Part shown: positions 48,723-63,088 of the stretch, in pieces
How positions within the stretch are numbered: position 1 is the stretch's first letter
Layout of the letters: the number at the start of each line of letters is the position of its first letter
DNA from: Lytechinus pictus
Taxonomy: Eukaryota
DNA: 64,000 nt
Assembly: GCF_037042905.1 (NCBI RefSeq)
Contig: NC_087251.1
Span: forward strand, 1,862,001-1,926,000
Direction: 5' to 3'
Notes under the pieces: model-generated
Database searches by the model: none
The model's input: only the letters and a program-made list of their open reading frames with translations
What the model was told of the DNA's origin: nothing
Position numbers and translations under genes: made by a program

Positions 48723-50978
48723 TTTGAATTTGGCTGAAGGCTTATTATCATTAATCAATGTACCTCTGAAGAAACTTTCAAAAATCTTCTTAAGACTTTT
48801 TTTATTTAACTCTTAGCTCTTTGTGCGCCTTGAGCACTCTACAGAGTGGATTTGGCGCTTTATAAGTCACATTATTATCATTATTTATTATTATTATTAT
48901 TACTATTATCATTATTATTAAGTGCTGCTCATTTTTTTTTTGAAAGGGGAAAATGAGGTAGAAAATACGATATATTTTATTCAATACTGAAACAATATGT
49001 CATTGAGCCGTTACCTACGCATTAAACTACTGTATTTTACACTCTCATACTACCTGTAATGGCTGTTTCCGTTTATTGTGATCAGCTAGGTAGCCGATTT
49101 GTATGAACACTAATTTTGAATAACGATTCTTCTAAAAGGCCTGTATTTTTTTTTCATTTGTAGTGTAACTCATTGGGGGATGTACCCCCCCCCCCCCCCC
49201 ACTCCGGCCTATACGGCAGTGATTCACATTAAACCTCCAGATCAGCTTCACGTCACTCACAAACGACATATATCTGACAAAATGCCTGAGATAAATGAAA
49301 AAAATGGTACGGGCCGCAAGAATGCATTCGTTTTCTGTAAATGGATACTGAACGTGCATTGAACAACGACCATGTCCAAGGCTATGGTTGATCATTGTTG
49401 AATTATCGAGATAAAACAAACACCATGTAGGAATATCATATTTTCATTATCTCTCGTACACTAGTATAACAAGAGGATAGTAGACACAGATTAACATACG
49501 TGATACACACACAGCAACAGTAGGAGTGTGAGCTAAAAATCTCATGTCAAATGAATATAGAAGAATATACTCACATTTTAACTCTATGCCTATTGAGAAA
49601 ATTAAGATCTTATGTAGCGTTCTTGTTGTAAAGGGGTAAAAATGTATATAATTTGCTGGTACCGTAGTACATTGTACAGTGAGTAATAATCAGATGGTCG
49701 CTTGTCTCCATACCATACGGATTGTGTGTGGATGCTTGACGTATCATGGACCTAGGAGGTCCTTGAATACATTGACACGAGAAACAGGAAATTGCTCGAA
49801 GTCTGTACTTCAGTGTCGAATCAAACTCAAACAGTACAAGTTTCACAATCATGATAGGGAAATTACAAACTGCATAGTCCTAGTACAATATTCCGAAAGC
49901 CTCACACAATGTCTTTAATACACAATAATTGAATCAACATAAACACGCTAAAGGTTGAATGGCAAAATATAATTCAGTGCATTATAAAAATAATACTTTG
50001 AGTAGGCCCTAAAGTGGTTTTAAAAACACAAACTATGTACTCTGATAAATAGATTCTTTAAAAACACATACTATATACTCTTCATAAATATATTCTTTAT
50101 AAAGAATCTATTTATGATGAGTACATAGAATGTGTTGTTAAAACCACTTTAAAAAAAGTAATTTTAGTTCTAGAATATAATGATCATATATAGCTCTAAT
50201 ATTGTTATTTTTATCCAATCCATATGCTAAAAAAGAATATACCGGACATGTTCATGACATCCGTCTGTACTTACATAGGGAAAAGGAAAGAAAGCGAATT
50301 AGAATAGAGCCTGAAGAGGCCGGGGCACCGGAGACGATCGAGGTGCCAGAAAGCAGGGAGGGGTGGGGAATAAATAAACGGCCTTGCTTCAGAACAAAAT
50401 ACAGTGTCACTCACAGTTACACTCATGGGACTTTTTATACTTGCTTTGATATTTGCTTTCTTTGGTCCCAGGTAAATTTAGTTTCAATGTTAAGTATATA
50501 GGCCTAGGATCTTGATCATTATAGCCGTAATTTAAGGGTAAACCGAATTTTAGATTCCAAGACATCGAAGTTTTCATTTTGGCGCCTTAAACTTTTGAGA
50601 TGTCGAACTACATTTCCGGAAAGTCTACACGATGATGACATCGCACTGATAGATTTCAATACAGTGACATAGTACTTCGTCTGTACTCTGACCCCGTACT
50701 TCGTGTATAGGTCTATCGCACTGTCTCCGTACGTGCAATTGCCTATTTCATAAATTTACACTCTTTGTGAATTACTGAATTCCCTTTTCACTAAAAACCG
50801 CTCGCGGGATGGTGAGCATTCGTCCATGTAAATTTAGTTGTACAACTGTTATTTTGTTCTAAATTCATGCTGATTTCCGACTCATCAGGGTTTCACAAGA
50901 ACATGTCCAGAGCGTGAATGGTCTTTGTGGTGTACGTGTTCACTTAGTTTAATTGAAGTCCTCACGATAAGTAACATC

Positions 50979-53900
50979 ATGGGACTGTTTCTCGTGATTG
51001 TTGGGTATGTGTTGGCGTTGCTTGCTACGTTGCTTGGAATTGGACTGGTTGTTTTAGTGGTTTCTATTCTTCGAACAGAGCACAATTATCGTGACTTCCC
51101 AGGACCGAAGAGAGATAGGTATACCATCAATTTTAGCATACACTTGCAGAGTATTATTCCGAACGATAAGTTGAATTATAATTTCTGTATCAACCAATAA
51201 AATTAAGTTTAGTAAGCGCTCGATCGATGTATACGTCCATAACCATTTCACCCCCATAATGCTTAATTTGTTGTGCATCTTGTGGTATATTTCACTCTCG
51301 ATCAGCCTGTTTAAATATGCATGATTGAAGCTATATGTATGGTAATGTATAGGTGCTGTATACCCTATATATGCGCACAAAACAGGCGAGGTTATTCGCA
51401 TCTGCAGCTTGTAAGTCAGAAAAGCGTCGAGGTTGGAACTCCCAAACTCTTATATAGAATAATGAATATTTACATGATTTATGAGTGCAATGGACAATAG
51501 GCCTACTTCATGAGTTGGCAGATGAAATGATCCATTCATTTAATCTTATACCGAAATGAGAATTCTGTCCATTGCACGAATGAAAAGAACATCCCTTATT
51601 TGATTTAAATGACACTTTACAAAAGATCCTGTTTCATTTGAAATTTATGAATTTTGATGCAAATTATGCTTATGCCTAATTGGCTTATGCAGTGCTATTG
51701 TCGCGTACATACAAGACGCGCGTGCAAACACGATTGTTTTTGGTGCCTGAGGTCTCGGTGCGCGCGTGCAATGGACAAAATCGTATGGATCCAAAATTGC
51801 ACGATACTAGTAAATGGATCCACAAGTGCACGGATGATGACGTCATTGTAAAATGGGCTGAATGATCATCAAACAACCAAACAAATGATAAGGATCTATC
51901 TAGGTGTCCTATTATCGAATCTGACGAAAAATTCTTGGATATCACGCAATTCGTCCGGATCTTCTGCTTCAAATATCTGAATCATGTTGATTGAATGCAG
52001 TGGTGCTAATACGTTAAGGAACCCCACCATAAAATGCACTCCTTCAAGCCTTTCACATGCAAAATTCGTACCGTAATTTGAGTGAAACTTAACTGGAATT
52101 CACCTCCGGAGTAGAATTTGAATCCGTGATTAGCGTTTGTGATTCTATTCATGTTTTCGTTTGGTTTCACACGTGCTAAAAATGCGTCATTAGCCTTATT
52201 TTTCACTGGAATCATCATTCAAATTACCATTTTTTTTTACCGTGTGAAAGGGCAGCTAGTGACCCGCATATGGTGTAAAAAAATAATATCATTTTATCTT
52301 GAGGAGGTCACGGTTGATTTTAATTTTTTTATGGACGGCTCCATAATAATAATGATAATGAATAATAAGGAGGTATAGTATTCCTCTTAAGGGGGAAAGG
52401 TCATTGTACAATGTGATGAGATGTTAATGTTTTCTTTGTCATGTTTATCATTTCAATCTCCGATCCAAGTGTTTTCACGTATCAGCTTTAGTGGCTTAAG
52501 TGATAACAAAACAAATCAAGACATAGCCAGTTAAAACATTAACTAGATATTCTTTATTTGTTATATATACATGTGTAAAGTTATACATGTACAACAGCTT
52601 TGGCAACTCTTTTATTTAAATATTGTAAAGAAATGGAAAAAGAGATGTTCTCTTCATCCATTTCTTTACAATATAATATATATATGTGTGTGTATATATA
52701 TACATTACAATAACGTTCTCTCTCTGTTTTTTTTTTCCTTCAGTTTTTTGCTTGGGAACATATTAAGCATCATGGGTACAAAGGAGACATTGGGTCAGCC
52801 ATTCGGGATTTTAATGTACACGCTGTGAGTATTTCACTTCAATTCAATTTATTCATATGCATTAGAAAGATACAATAATACAACATACAATATTATATGA
52901 ACAATAAAAAGAACAATCAATACATAAACAAATCAATATAATGACAAATAGAAAGGATAGAACCAACATGCAGTGGATGTGGGGGATAAGCAAAGACCTA
53001 TCGAGGCCAATCCCCCTTGGTTCTGTTTTTTTTTTGTTAAAAAAAATATTCAATAAGTTTTTTTCTCCAAGATTTATCAATAATTTGTGGGCAAGAAACA
53101 AGGAATTTACGTTAGTTAGTTCACAGTTGATTAAAAATCCTACTTTTGAAGGGTCATAACTGTCAAGAAAAGGGCTCGAATCGTCAGCAAATAGGATAAA
53201 TGTTAGAATATCGCTAATGTTTGGCAAGTCATTTACATATAAAAGAAAAAATAAAGGTCCTAGTACTGATACTTGAGGAACACTAAGTAAAATGTCTAAT
53301 GAAGAAGAATTAAAATGATTAATATTCACAAACTGTTTTCGATCTATAATTGATTCTAAAGCAACGGCCCCTACACCGTAAAAATACCGGTCAATAATTA
53401 TAATCAAATGCCTCAGAAAGGTAAAAAAAGATGCCAGTTAAACATTTGATTGAGCAATATTTTCAGTAAAATCAATAAGTGCATGAACAGTAATATAACC
53501 TTGCCTAAAACCATATTGTCGACTTTACAAAATGTCATTCTGAAAAATAAAAGATATTAAATTATCATAAATTATTTTTTCAAATATTTTGCTAGAAAAT
53601 AAAACTGATATTGGACGATAATTACTTAAAAGTAATCTGTTTCATTTCTTTAAAATAGGTATCACCTTGGCAATCTTCAATGAGTCAGGAAAAACACCCT
53701 TCTCAATGGCAAGATTGAAAATATTGCACAAAGGTTTATAAATTGCATATCCTGATTTAAAAAAAAGAACTTTTGAATGACTGTTGTCATAGCCTGGACT
53801 CTTATTTGGATCTAATTTATCTATCGATAAAAACAACAGGTTGGATAAATACAAATGATCTATAATTTCCTTTTAACTACTGTGAAATTTTAATATTCAT

Positions 53901-56900
53901 ATCATTTTCAGTTTCTGTGCACGTAGTACATGAGTTTATATTTGACAGTTTGTCCAATATTTACAAAGAAAATTTGTTAAAAGCATTAGAAATATCGAGT
54001 CTGTCTGAAATGATATCCTCAGCTTCTTGTATTCTTTAATCCGTATTTAATGAACATTCGTGTCATTACTTTTCTTTTACCCTCCTTTATATCGAAAGAC
54101 CCTGACGTGACCCATGTGCTTCACTATATCTCTTTATGCATGGACCTATTACAATTTGTAATAGGTCCATGCTTTATGTGACAGAAGATAAAACTATATT
54201 TTGTTATTAAAGATAATATCTTCTCGCTAAATGCAAGATAATTTTGTTAAAAGGCATATCCGAAATGCCAACGAAATTGGTTTTCACAGAACGAGATTAA
54301 TGATTTTTTTTTAATCAGTAAATTAATAATATTAAAGTGTGTCTCAATATTTGACCTATATCATTATGAATTTCATATCAAGAAACACAACGACCAAAAT
54401 AATGCGATCAATGGTTCACTAAATATCCATACGGCTCATACTCTTCTTATCACCGTTTTATACAAAAGCATTTTTTGAAATGTTATGTATGTATAATCTT
54501 GATATTAAACAGAACTCTTGAACATGGACCTGTATTCTGGATGCGTATTTTTTCCCGAGCTCACATTATCGCTTCTGTTCCTGAAGTTGTGAAGGTACGA
54601 TTCTAGTTTAACAATTTCGATTTCTTTTTATTTCAGTAAATTTTATTACTAGTGCATGAAGTTGATATACTCGTGGTTTTTCGCTTTTAATCATCGATAA
54701 CGTGAAATAAAAAATACGCTTATTTTTGTCTCGCCTGCATAGCAGAACGAGACTATACTAGGCGCCGATTTTTTGCAATGTCATCATGAGCCGAGTTCAT
54801 GAAACTTGGACATATGGGCAATCAAGTATTATTGAACATCCTGCATGGGTTTCAGGTCACATGACCAAGTTCAAAGATCATTTAGGGTCAATGAACTTTG
54901 ATAATGTTGGGGGTATTTGTAGAACTTTCTTCATATCTTTAAAAGTTTATGGATCGAGTTCATAAAACTTGGACATAAGAGTAACCATGTATCCTGTGTG
55001 CGTTTCAGGTCACATGAATAATATCAAAGGTCATTTAAGTTCAATGAACTTTGGCCGTATTGTGGGTATTTGTTGAATTGGCATCATAACTTAGACACAT
55101 GATTATGGTCAAAGAACATGTTGGGTCAATGGACATGGTATTTTATTATCATATATGAGTGTTTCATGATCAACATGATTTCTAAGCACTAAGCATGAGG
55201 CTCTCTTCAATCCAACCTGTCATGTTTGGATGGTCAAGTGCCTCTGATCAAGTGACAAGAATTTCAGATGAAATTTGTAGTTACTTTGTGAAAATTTTCG
55301 TCAAATAATTTTCTAAATTATCACACGCAGCCTATAACATCCTATGATGGAAAGATTCAGGGATACAAATGTTTCGAAATGATATACGCGTACCATTAAG
55401 ATAGTAAGGAATAGACATTGAATATCGGGAAAGGATTTTGCTGTATCAATATGCAGCTCGAGCAAAAAAAAAGGGGTGAGGGTTGGAAGTGTGTCTCGGA
55501 GTAGATTATTTATATATATATGACGCTTTGTAAACATGATAATTGCATATTGTCATTAATATAATATATCATATTTACCCATGTTAATGGCAGGAATTGC
55601 TTCTGAATAGCCGTCATATAAAGCCGCTGAGATTCTATCATCATTTTCAGTACATGTTTGGGACTCGTTTCATGGGCACAGGTCTGGTGTCAGAAATCAA
55701 CCACGATAAATGGTTTCATAAGCGTGCCATTATTAATCCTGCATTCAGGCGAAAGTGAGTTGACCTATATTATTCACCATATTTACCTTTTATTTCCTTT
55801 AAAATGTCCATGTTTCATGTCAGTTGGCCTATTTTTTATGAATTATTTCATGTCTCACCTGTCATGCCTGTCTCACCGAGGAACGGAATGCTTGTCCGTA
55901 GCGATGTTTGGATTTGTCAACTTTTATGACAAGTTTTGCAAACGATTCCGAATGTTTGTGTCATCGAAAGCTATTTACATACTGTTTAAAACCGGAAATG
56001 AATAATATTTGCTTAAACGCATTTTTTTCACGCTGAGTCGATTGTATATGAGGTCGCAAGCAGTGGCCAATCAAAAGGATCTTCATTGACTGTGTCTTAC
56101 AACTTGTTGCAATGAATTACAGATGTTTTTACAAACATGAGCAATTGTTTGCGCGAAAAAAAAAGAGAGTCGAAGAGAGACTTTGAACGTATTCAAATAT
56201 TTTTACACGAAAAGTATTTAGGACATTAAGAACTGTTTAATACAACTTTTATGCAACCTAAGTTATAATTTTGTTTATATATTTTTACAAGCCCTATCGA
56301 AATCCAATTTTTGCGACGTTTGCAAGCATCTCCATACCCCATTATGGGAATCATTTTAAATCGTCCGTAATGCTGGAGAGTGTAATAACTTGTTTGTGCT
56401 TTAAATTTTAAACTAGATATTTAATGGGTATGATGGAGAAATTCAACTCTGAGACTGAAAACCTTTGTGAGCATCTCGTTGGTAAAGCTGACGGACAGAC
56501 AGAAGTAGAAATGCTTGACGAATTCAACAATGTCACTCTGGACGTCATCGCAAACGTTAGTACTTATTTTTTAGATTACAAGAGGGAAGTTGGCTGGGGG
56601 CGTGCTGTTGACTACGCCAAGCGATCAACTCGATGGAGTCCGATAATCGCCTCAATGCAGTTATTTACCGTGATTCAGGTCTGCCTGCTTGAACATATTC
56701 TGTTTACCTACATGTGGAACATGTCCAAAAATTGTAGGAAGATTTGTAAGAAATTCATTTTTGATATGAACTAACAATATATCCAAGGACAGATCCAACT
56801 TTTGCCATGGGGTGATAATTTCATTCCCATTTTTGCCGATCGACCGCTCGAAGAGCTATAAGCTCGTGTTTTTATTATTATTCCCTTCTCTTTATTTGCA

Positions 56901-59900
56901 ACACATTTGTTATTAATCTTATCTTTCTTTCATCTCTTATCTTCCTTTTTATCTCGTATCTTTTGTCTCTTGTCCTTCTCCCTTTATTATTTTTGAGGGG
57001 CGACGTCAATGTGGGAGGTGGTGGCGACTTGGCCCCCTTGCATCTGCATATGAGTGGTAGCAAATAGTTGATGTCTATAAATTAATTAATGTTTGATAAC
57101 AGGGTTTGGGAATATCTGAATGCATGATTCACCTCCCTTTGTGTAAGAGCAGTATCATAAACAATTTGTCAGATTTTGTTAAATGAAAAAAGAATTACAT
57201 GAATGTGTATTTGACATGGTTTATTTATGAGAGATGATACAAGCATGTCTAAAAAAAAAACTCACAACAGATTGACTCCGATTCCCTTGCCAGTTTGAAC
57301 GACGCCCATCCATCATTTGTACATACCATGATACACAACAAGTTCGTATCAGCTTTAGATCACTTTGACTGTGAAATTAATGTACTCTTGCGTATCCTAT
57401 ATTGTGTTCGAAAGAACATTGTTGTTACCAAGTCTTATTTCAGGATCTCAGTTTAACAGGCTAATTCAAGCAAGTAAACAATTAAGCGTATGTCTCTGTG
57501 TTTCATTGAGCCCATTTTCTACCATTCTAATATCAGTATTTGAAAAGATAACAAAATTTAACAAATGTAACAAAGTCTTAATACATAGAACCTCCTTGGT
57601 AATACGTAATAGTTTAAAATCAAGAAAGAGAAATCTTCCCTTCAATGTGTTAACTGGTCTCTTTATTTCTTGTGCAGGTAGCATTCAGTATGTCAACAGG
57701 GGCAATAGGAGACCCAAGTTGCCCCTTTCCAACTGCTTTCAATGCGTGTTTGAGAGGTATGCAAACTATGATAGAACAACCATTTCATATGGTAAGTTTA
57801 AGGACATTGGGTGGGATATCGTGGGTTAACTCACTGCCACATGCAACGATGTCTGACCGGGTATGAAGAGACAAGCAATTTCAATGAATAACAAATACAG
57901 AAAAGATGGAGAGAAGCCACCACATACGTAATAGGGAGCACTTTCCTCCAAAAATGGAAATAAAGTATTTGCTATATTCACACTGGATTTTCTTTTTTTT
58001 GTGTTTTAGTTTCAAGAAAAATTGTTGGAGGCAACAACCTACAATATTCCCCCTTCGTCTGCCTACAGTCATGTTGGCACCAAGTTGTGTGCACATATTT
58101 ACCTTATATTAAAATAGCGAAAAACGTGTTTTTAAACAAATGAGGCATCTTACTAGAATAATGTTAAAGGAGTCATGATTCGATCTTTTAATATTATTTT
58201 CTAGTTTCGTTGCTCACATCAAGAGCAGTGATCGGCCCTGAATGAAGTCCGAGTTCAAGTGTGATAATATTAAAATTCCTTTTAGTCGATTATCCTCCCC
58301 ACTTTATATTGACAAGATTACATTTTTATGTGCATTAAAAGTATGACCCACGAAGCAAGACCAGGAAAGTACGGAACGAATCGCGAGAGGCGGTGAATTT
58401 CGTTCGAGAGACTGGTCGACAGCATATCAAAGAACGAATTGCAGCTCGTCAAAGAGGTGATCATGTACCTCATGATATACTCAATGTGATACTCGATTGC
58501 GCCAACGATCTAGTGGATGACAAAGACTTTACGATGGAGAATATGGTTGATGAATTTACTACAATCTTCGCAGCAGGTAAAAATTTTACGTAAAAAAGAT
58601 TACATCAATGGGTGAGGGGCCAACAGACTTTGGTCGAATTCATTCGCAGCTTCTTTGAAAAGATGTTTTAACTTTAAAAAATGGATAACGAGAAAAGGAA
58701 AGGGAAGAAGGCGAAAGAAGAAGAAAAAGAAGATGATGATGATGATGGTCATGATTATGATGATGAAAAAGGAGGAGGAGGAGAAAATGTGGAAGCATTT
58801 CAGACCCACCAAGATCTTGTCCTGAAGCAAGCGACAACGAAAAACAGCCCTGTAACCATGGTAGCTTGTAAGGCAGGTTCCAACGGTATAGACACGTGCT
58901 CCCTGCAGCCTGCATGCCACCCTTCCTCTTAAAGACATATCTGCCATGGAATAGATTTAAGAGCCGCTTTTTTCTTTTTCCTTTTTTTTTTAAGTTCAAA
59001 TTTGTTTTACTCTTTCAGCTCAATTGATACTGATATCCATATATATATATATATCTTGTTTGTTTTGTTCCATCGTAGGTCAAGAAACGACGAGCGACTT
59101 GCTTTCATTTACCATCCAACAGCTTGGTAGAAATCCAGAAGTAGCTAAGAAGTAAGTCTGTTCCTCTCAAAATCAATAGATCGGTATATTATATTTCATT
59201 TTATTTCATTAAAAAACACAATTAGCAATAAATAGAAACATTGATTCTATAGCATTATCAACAGATTACCGAACGTTATCCGCCTGACCACCGCGGTACG
59301 TCGAAGTGGTGCATGATATTCCTTGGGACTTGTAAAACAAAAGAAAAAAAAATGTAGGCAAAATGCCATGATCAGATTTCGATTAGAATTTGAACCAAAG
59401 TGTAGATTGTTTTCCATTACTTTTTGAAAAATTATCGTGCTTACTGCAAGTTATTTTAACCCTCTTCCAATTATCTGTAAACACTATTTACTTTCTTTGT
59501 CGAGTTTGAGTGGCCCTTTGCCCTCTAATGAGTACATTCTTAGATATAAAAGAGGTCGTTTTCATCTGATATAATGTATTTTTAACGAGCAATTGTGGCT
59601 CATATTTTGTGCGCTGAAGTTCGCCAAACGTACGCCCTCCCAAGTTCGAAAGTTTTTTTTTGTGTGTGTGTGCTTTGTTTTTTAATTGTTCGCAATATGC
59701 AACAGATATGTTCAAAACAAACTCCAAACTTGTAATTATCTGAAGTTTTGGCTGCCTTACTGGGTATATTCTAAAAGTTTTTTATTTCTTGCAATACCAT
59801 ATGCAGTGCACGGAAGTCATTTATGGGCCTCTGTGAAGATGACAATGGAGGTAGATCGAGCTGAAAGCTCAAAGGAATCTCTTTCAACCGAGCCTTGGTG

Positions 59901-62159
59901 ATTGGATCTCCTTAATAATAGACCAGTTATTTTTAAATTCGCTCGTTCAGTGATAAGTCAGTGATGGCCCTTGTTTCAGGGCTTGGGTTTCCTCTATCGG
60001 TAAATGGATGTAGTAATATATATGTATTGATTACATTCTGTTGGTCATTTCAGACTTCAGGCAGAAGTCGACGAAGTTTTAGGTCAGAAATCTTACATCG
60101 AGTACGAAGATTTGGCTAAACTCGAATACATGATGATGGTACGTATAATCATACCCCGTATAATTTGAATATGAATCGTTTGTACCTTTCAGTTTTCCAG
60201 TAGTTTGGCTTATGGTCATGCTTATCACTGATCTATACCAGGCGCGTAGCCAGGGGGGGGGGGCGGTGGGGGCGGTCGCCCCCACCAAAAAAAACGTCCC
60301 CAAAAAGAAAATAAAAGATGGGAAAAAAGAGAGGAGAAAAGGAAAAGGGAAGGGAGGAAAGGGAAAAAAGGTAGCTTTTTTTTTTTTTCTTTTTATTCTT
60401 TTTTTTTTTCTTAAAAGAGAAACTCCTTCACTCTTGCTCTAAATTTATATATGAATTTTGCTTCCGCGCTGCGCGTTATTATTATATTAATTTCCTCCAT
60501 TGTATTCCTTTTTTGTGCGTTCACAATCACTTTTGAAAACAAGGTTCAAAATCACAATATAGTCAACTGAATTGGAGCTATTAGAGACAAGGCTCCTTTT
60601 CATTTTAATTTATGAAACACCAAAAGCTTCGCGCTTGGTGTTGGCTTTGCGTGCATTTACCGCCCCCTCCAAAATGAACTCCTGGCTACGCGGTTGATCT
60701 ATACATATTGGTCAGGATGGTAGAACTGATATATACATGGGTCATATTGGTCAGGATGGTAAAACTCGTGTAAATTATGTATAAACAGATCTTGTGCTTC
60801 ATCAACTCCACCCCTCCTGCCTCCCCATTACCTCCCTGGAATGTGAACATTTTAAAAGGAGCTCTAAGAGCTTACACTAGGGGGTATTTCACGAAGACAA
60901 ACAAAACGCTGACCATTTTAATAAATATCGATCGAGGAATAGTAAAGTTGTAACATAGGTTTGCATTATTTTGGTGAAACGGTTCTATGTATGTCCTCGT
61001 AAATGTGCAGTGACCAAATCGATTACGTGGCACTTATTCTTTTGTACGTTTTATATAAAAATATTTATTCAATTGTTTTTCTCCAAGAATGGAAAATAGT
61101 GTTGATTTGCTGTGTAAGAAAAACATTGCTGTTGATATTAATTCTTTACAAAACGAAAGCACTATTTAACTGTATGAGTAGGTCGATGAAATTGAATTAA
61201 TAATATTTATTCATTCAAACTTAAAGGTTTTCAAAGAGACGCTGAGACTCTATCCCCCTGTTATAGGGACTTCTCGTGTCACTGCGCATCCGATCAAGTA
61301 TAAAGATCTTACTATTCCTGCTGGTGTTGAGGTGTCCGTAAGTATATGAATAATCATGGCATAATTATGGAATAGGTAATGCACGACTTAAAGTATGATT
61401 ATATCATATCTTATCTATCTTTATGACAAATAGAATGACATAATGTTGTGTGAATAATGGCCAATGATAAATGTGTAAGCAGAATGAAATGGAGAGTATT
61501 ACAAGAACCTTCTGATTATACCATGATTTAGAAAGTTTACCATATTCTCACTTGGCCAGTCTTAACCCGGTCACAGGTTTTTGCACCACCATGACCACTG
61601 TAAATAATAGAACCAGCTAATTCTTTTTGATCATATATCAGGGCCCCATCTTACAAAGAGTTACGATTGATCCGATCAATCGAAACTATGGACGGCCAGC
61701 AACGTCAACATGTTATGTTCAAAATATTTTCTAACTATGATGTATATTCATGCATTCATTGTTTTCTTGAAAGTTCAATGTGCTTCTCTTTGTTTACAAA
61801 GAACATTGTACAAATATCCTGTAGAAAAAATTATGACACTGATTGATTTCCATAGAGTTACGATTGATTGGATCAATTGTATCTCTTTGTAAGACAGGGT
61901 CCTGGTGTGTTAGATATTATGTAAAGTTCAAAATTATCCCTTTGCATGTTTCTAGACGGAGCTTTCACGTAGAAGACTTTCAAGTTTTTATATTATTTAA
62001 ACGATGCTCAATAAATATTAAGATTATATTTTTTTGTATTCTTCTCAAACACCATCCCTTAAAGGTTCTCAGTTCAGTTATGGCGAGGATGGAAGAATAT
62101 TTCGATGATCCACTCCTGTTTAATCCTGATCGCTTCAAACCAAGAGAAGATGATAAACT
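50979..62159 (+). CDS. CYP46A1: Cytochrome P450, CYP46A1 (cholesterol 24-hydroxylase)-like; 11 exons seen, heme-binding exon(s) beyond window end
   Basis: Phase-consistent exons 50979-51118, 52744-52824, 54513-54594, 55594-55754, 56417-56555, 57678-57791, 58342-58576, 59079-59151, 60054-60138, 61227-61337, 62065-62159. N-terminal TM anchor + FPGPKRDSFLLG, WxxxR (WFHKR), KADGQTEV, I-helix AGQETT, LQAEVDEV, ExxR (ETLR), MARMEEYFDDPLLFNPDRF; CYP46-family-like throughout. The symbol means family likeness, not proven orthology. Confidence 0.9.
52870..54060 (-). mobile_element. Degraded CR1-type LINE RT fragment in CYP intron 2
   Basis: KSPGYD, FPDSLKIAKVIPILKK, VPQVSVLGPLFFLLYVNDL, FADD; multiple frameshifts. 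Confidence 0.85.
54722..55160. repeat. Interspersed repeat with internal ~135-bp tandem units (GAAACTTGG...CAGGTCACATGA...AAGGTCA), possibly Helentron/DINE-like
   Basis: Starts TTTTTGTCTCGCCTGCATAGCAG..CGAGAC (short hairpin) and has 2-3 internal repeat units; family assignment is inference. Confidence 0.45.
60239..60696. mobile_element. hAT-like MITE, 8-bp TSD
   Basis: ATCTATAC|CAGGCGCGTAGCCAGG ... CCTGGCTACGCGGTTG|ATCTATAC. Confidence 0.85.
61639..61905. mobile_element. MITE with ~40-bp TIRs
   Basis: GGCCCCATCTTACAAAGAGTTACGATTGATCC ... GGATCAATTGTATCTCTTTGTAAGACAGGGTCC. Confidence 0.75.
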
Positions 62160-63088
62160 GTAAGTACAAGTTTTTATTATTATTATTACTATTTCTATTT
62201 GCAAAGCTTATGGTATGCCCTTTGACGATATTGCGACACAAGTTCTCGAATATTTGGTATTACTTGACATGATTTGGGGAGCGTGGTACTGGCCTATTAA
62301 AATAACAAATAGCCGATGCTTTTATGGTCTTAACGATGACTGTCCAAATAACTAGATCAGTTTGAAATGCATACAAAACAGCAATATTCTAATTTGATAT
62401 ACCATATACATATTAAAAGTTTATTGTTTGGTAATAAGCCATGTATTTTCAAGAATCCAGTCCATTGCCTTTTCTGGTTGACATACTCAACAAAGGATGA
62501 GTGTGCCGACTAGGAATGGCAATGCACATTGGTCATCCCCACCCCACCATACAATTATTTTTATTACTTTAACATAATGAACATTTTAACATAAATATAT
62601 ATTTAACCAATTTTGAATGGATAACAATACATGTAGATTAAAGAGTGGATTGTATGAAATAATGCTTCCTTTTTAGAAAAGAAAAAAAAGAAAGCTATTA
62701 ATTTGGGTGAAATTGAAGGAGAAAAACATGTATAAACATTATAAATGAAACAGTAATCTGGGTTGGGATTGTTCTCGATATGCTTGATAATGATTCTAAA
62801 GAAACACTGTGTTGATGAAAATAATAATAGTTGGAGGAATCGGAGTAATGAATGAATTATCTCAAAAGGAATTTAAATTAAAAATAAGAGGACGTGGAAG
62901 TAATATGATCTGAACAAAAATATAAATATAAATGTAAAGTGGGTTATAACATTATTAGCCAGTGATTTTTCGGAAAAGAAAGTTGAGTGATTACTGCAGA
63001 AATTAACAATTAGAAAAATATTTCTAAAGTCAGTTACAGTTTAAGAGAAGCTACAAATAAAACAACAAAGGTATAAAGAAATAGTTCT

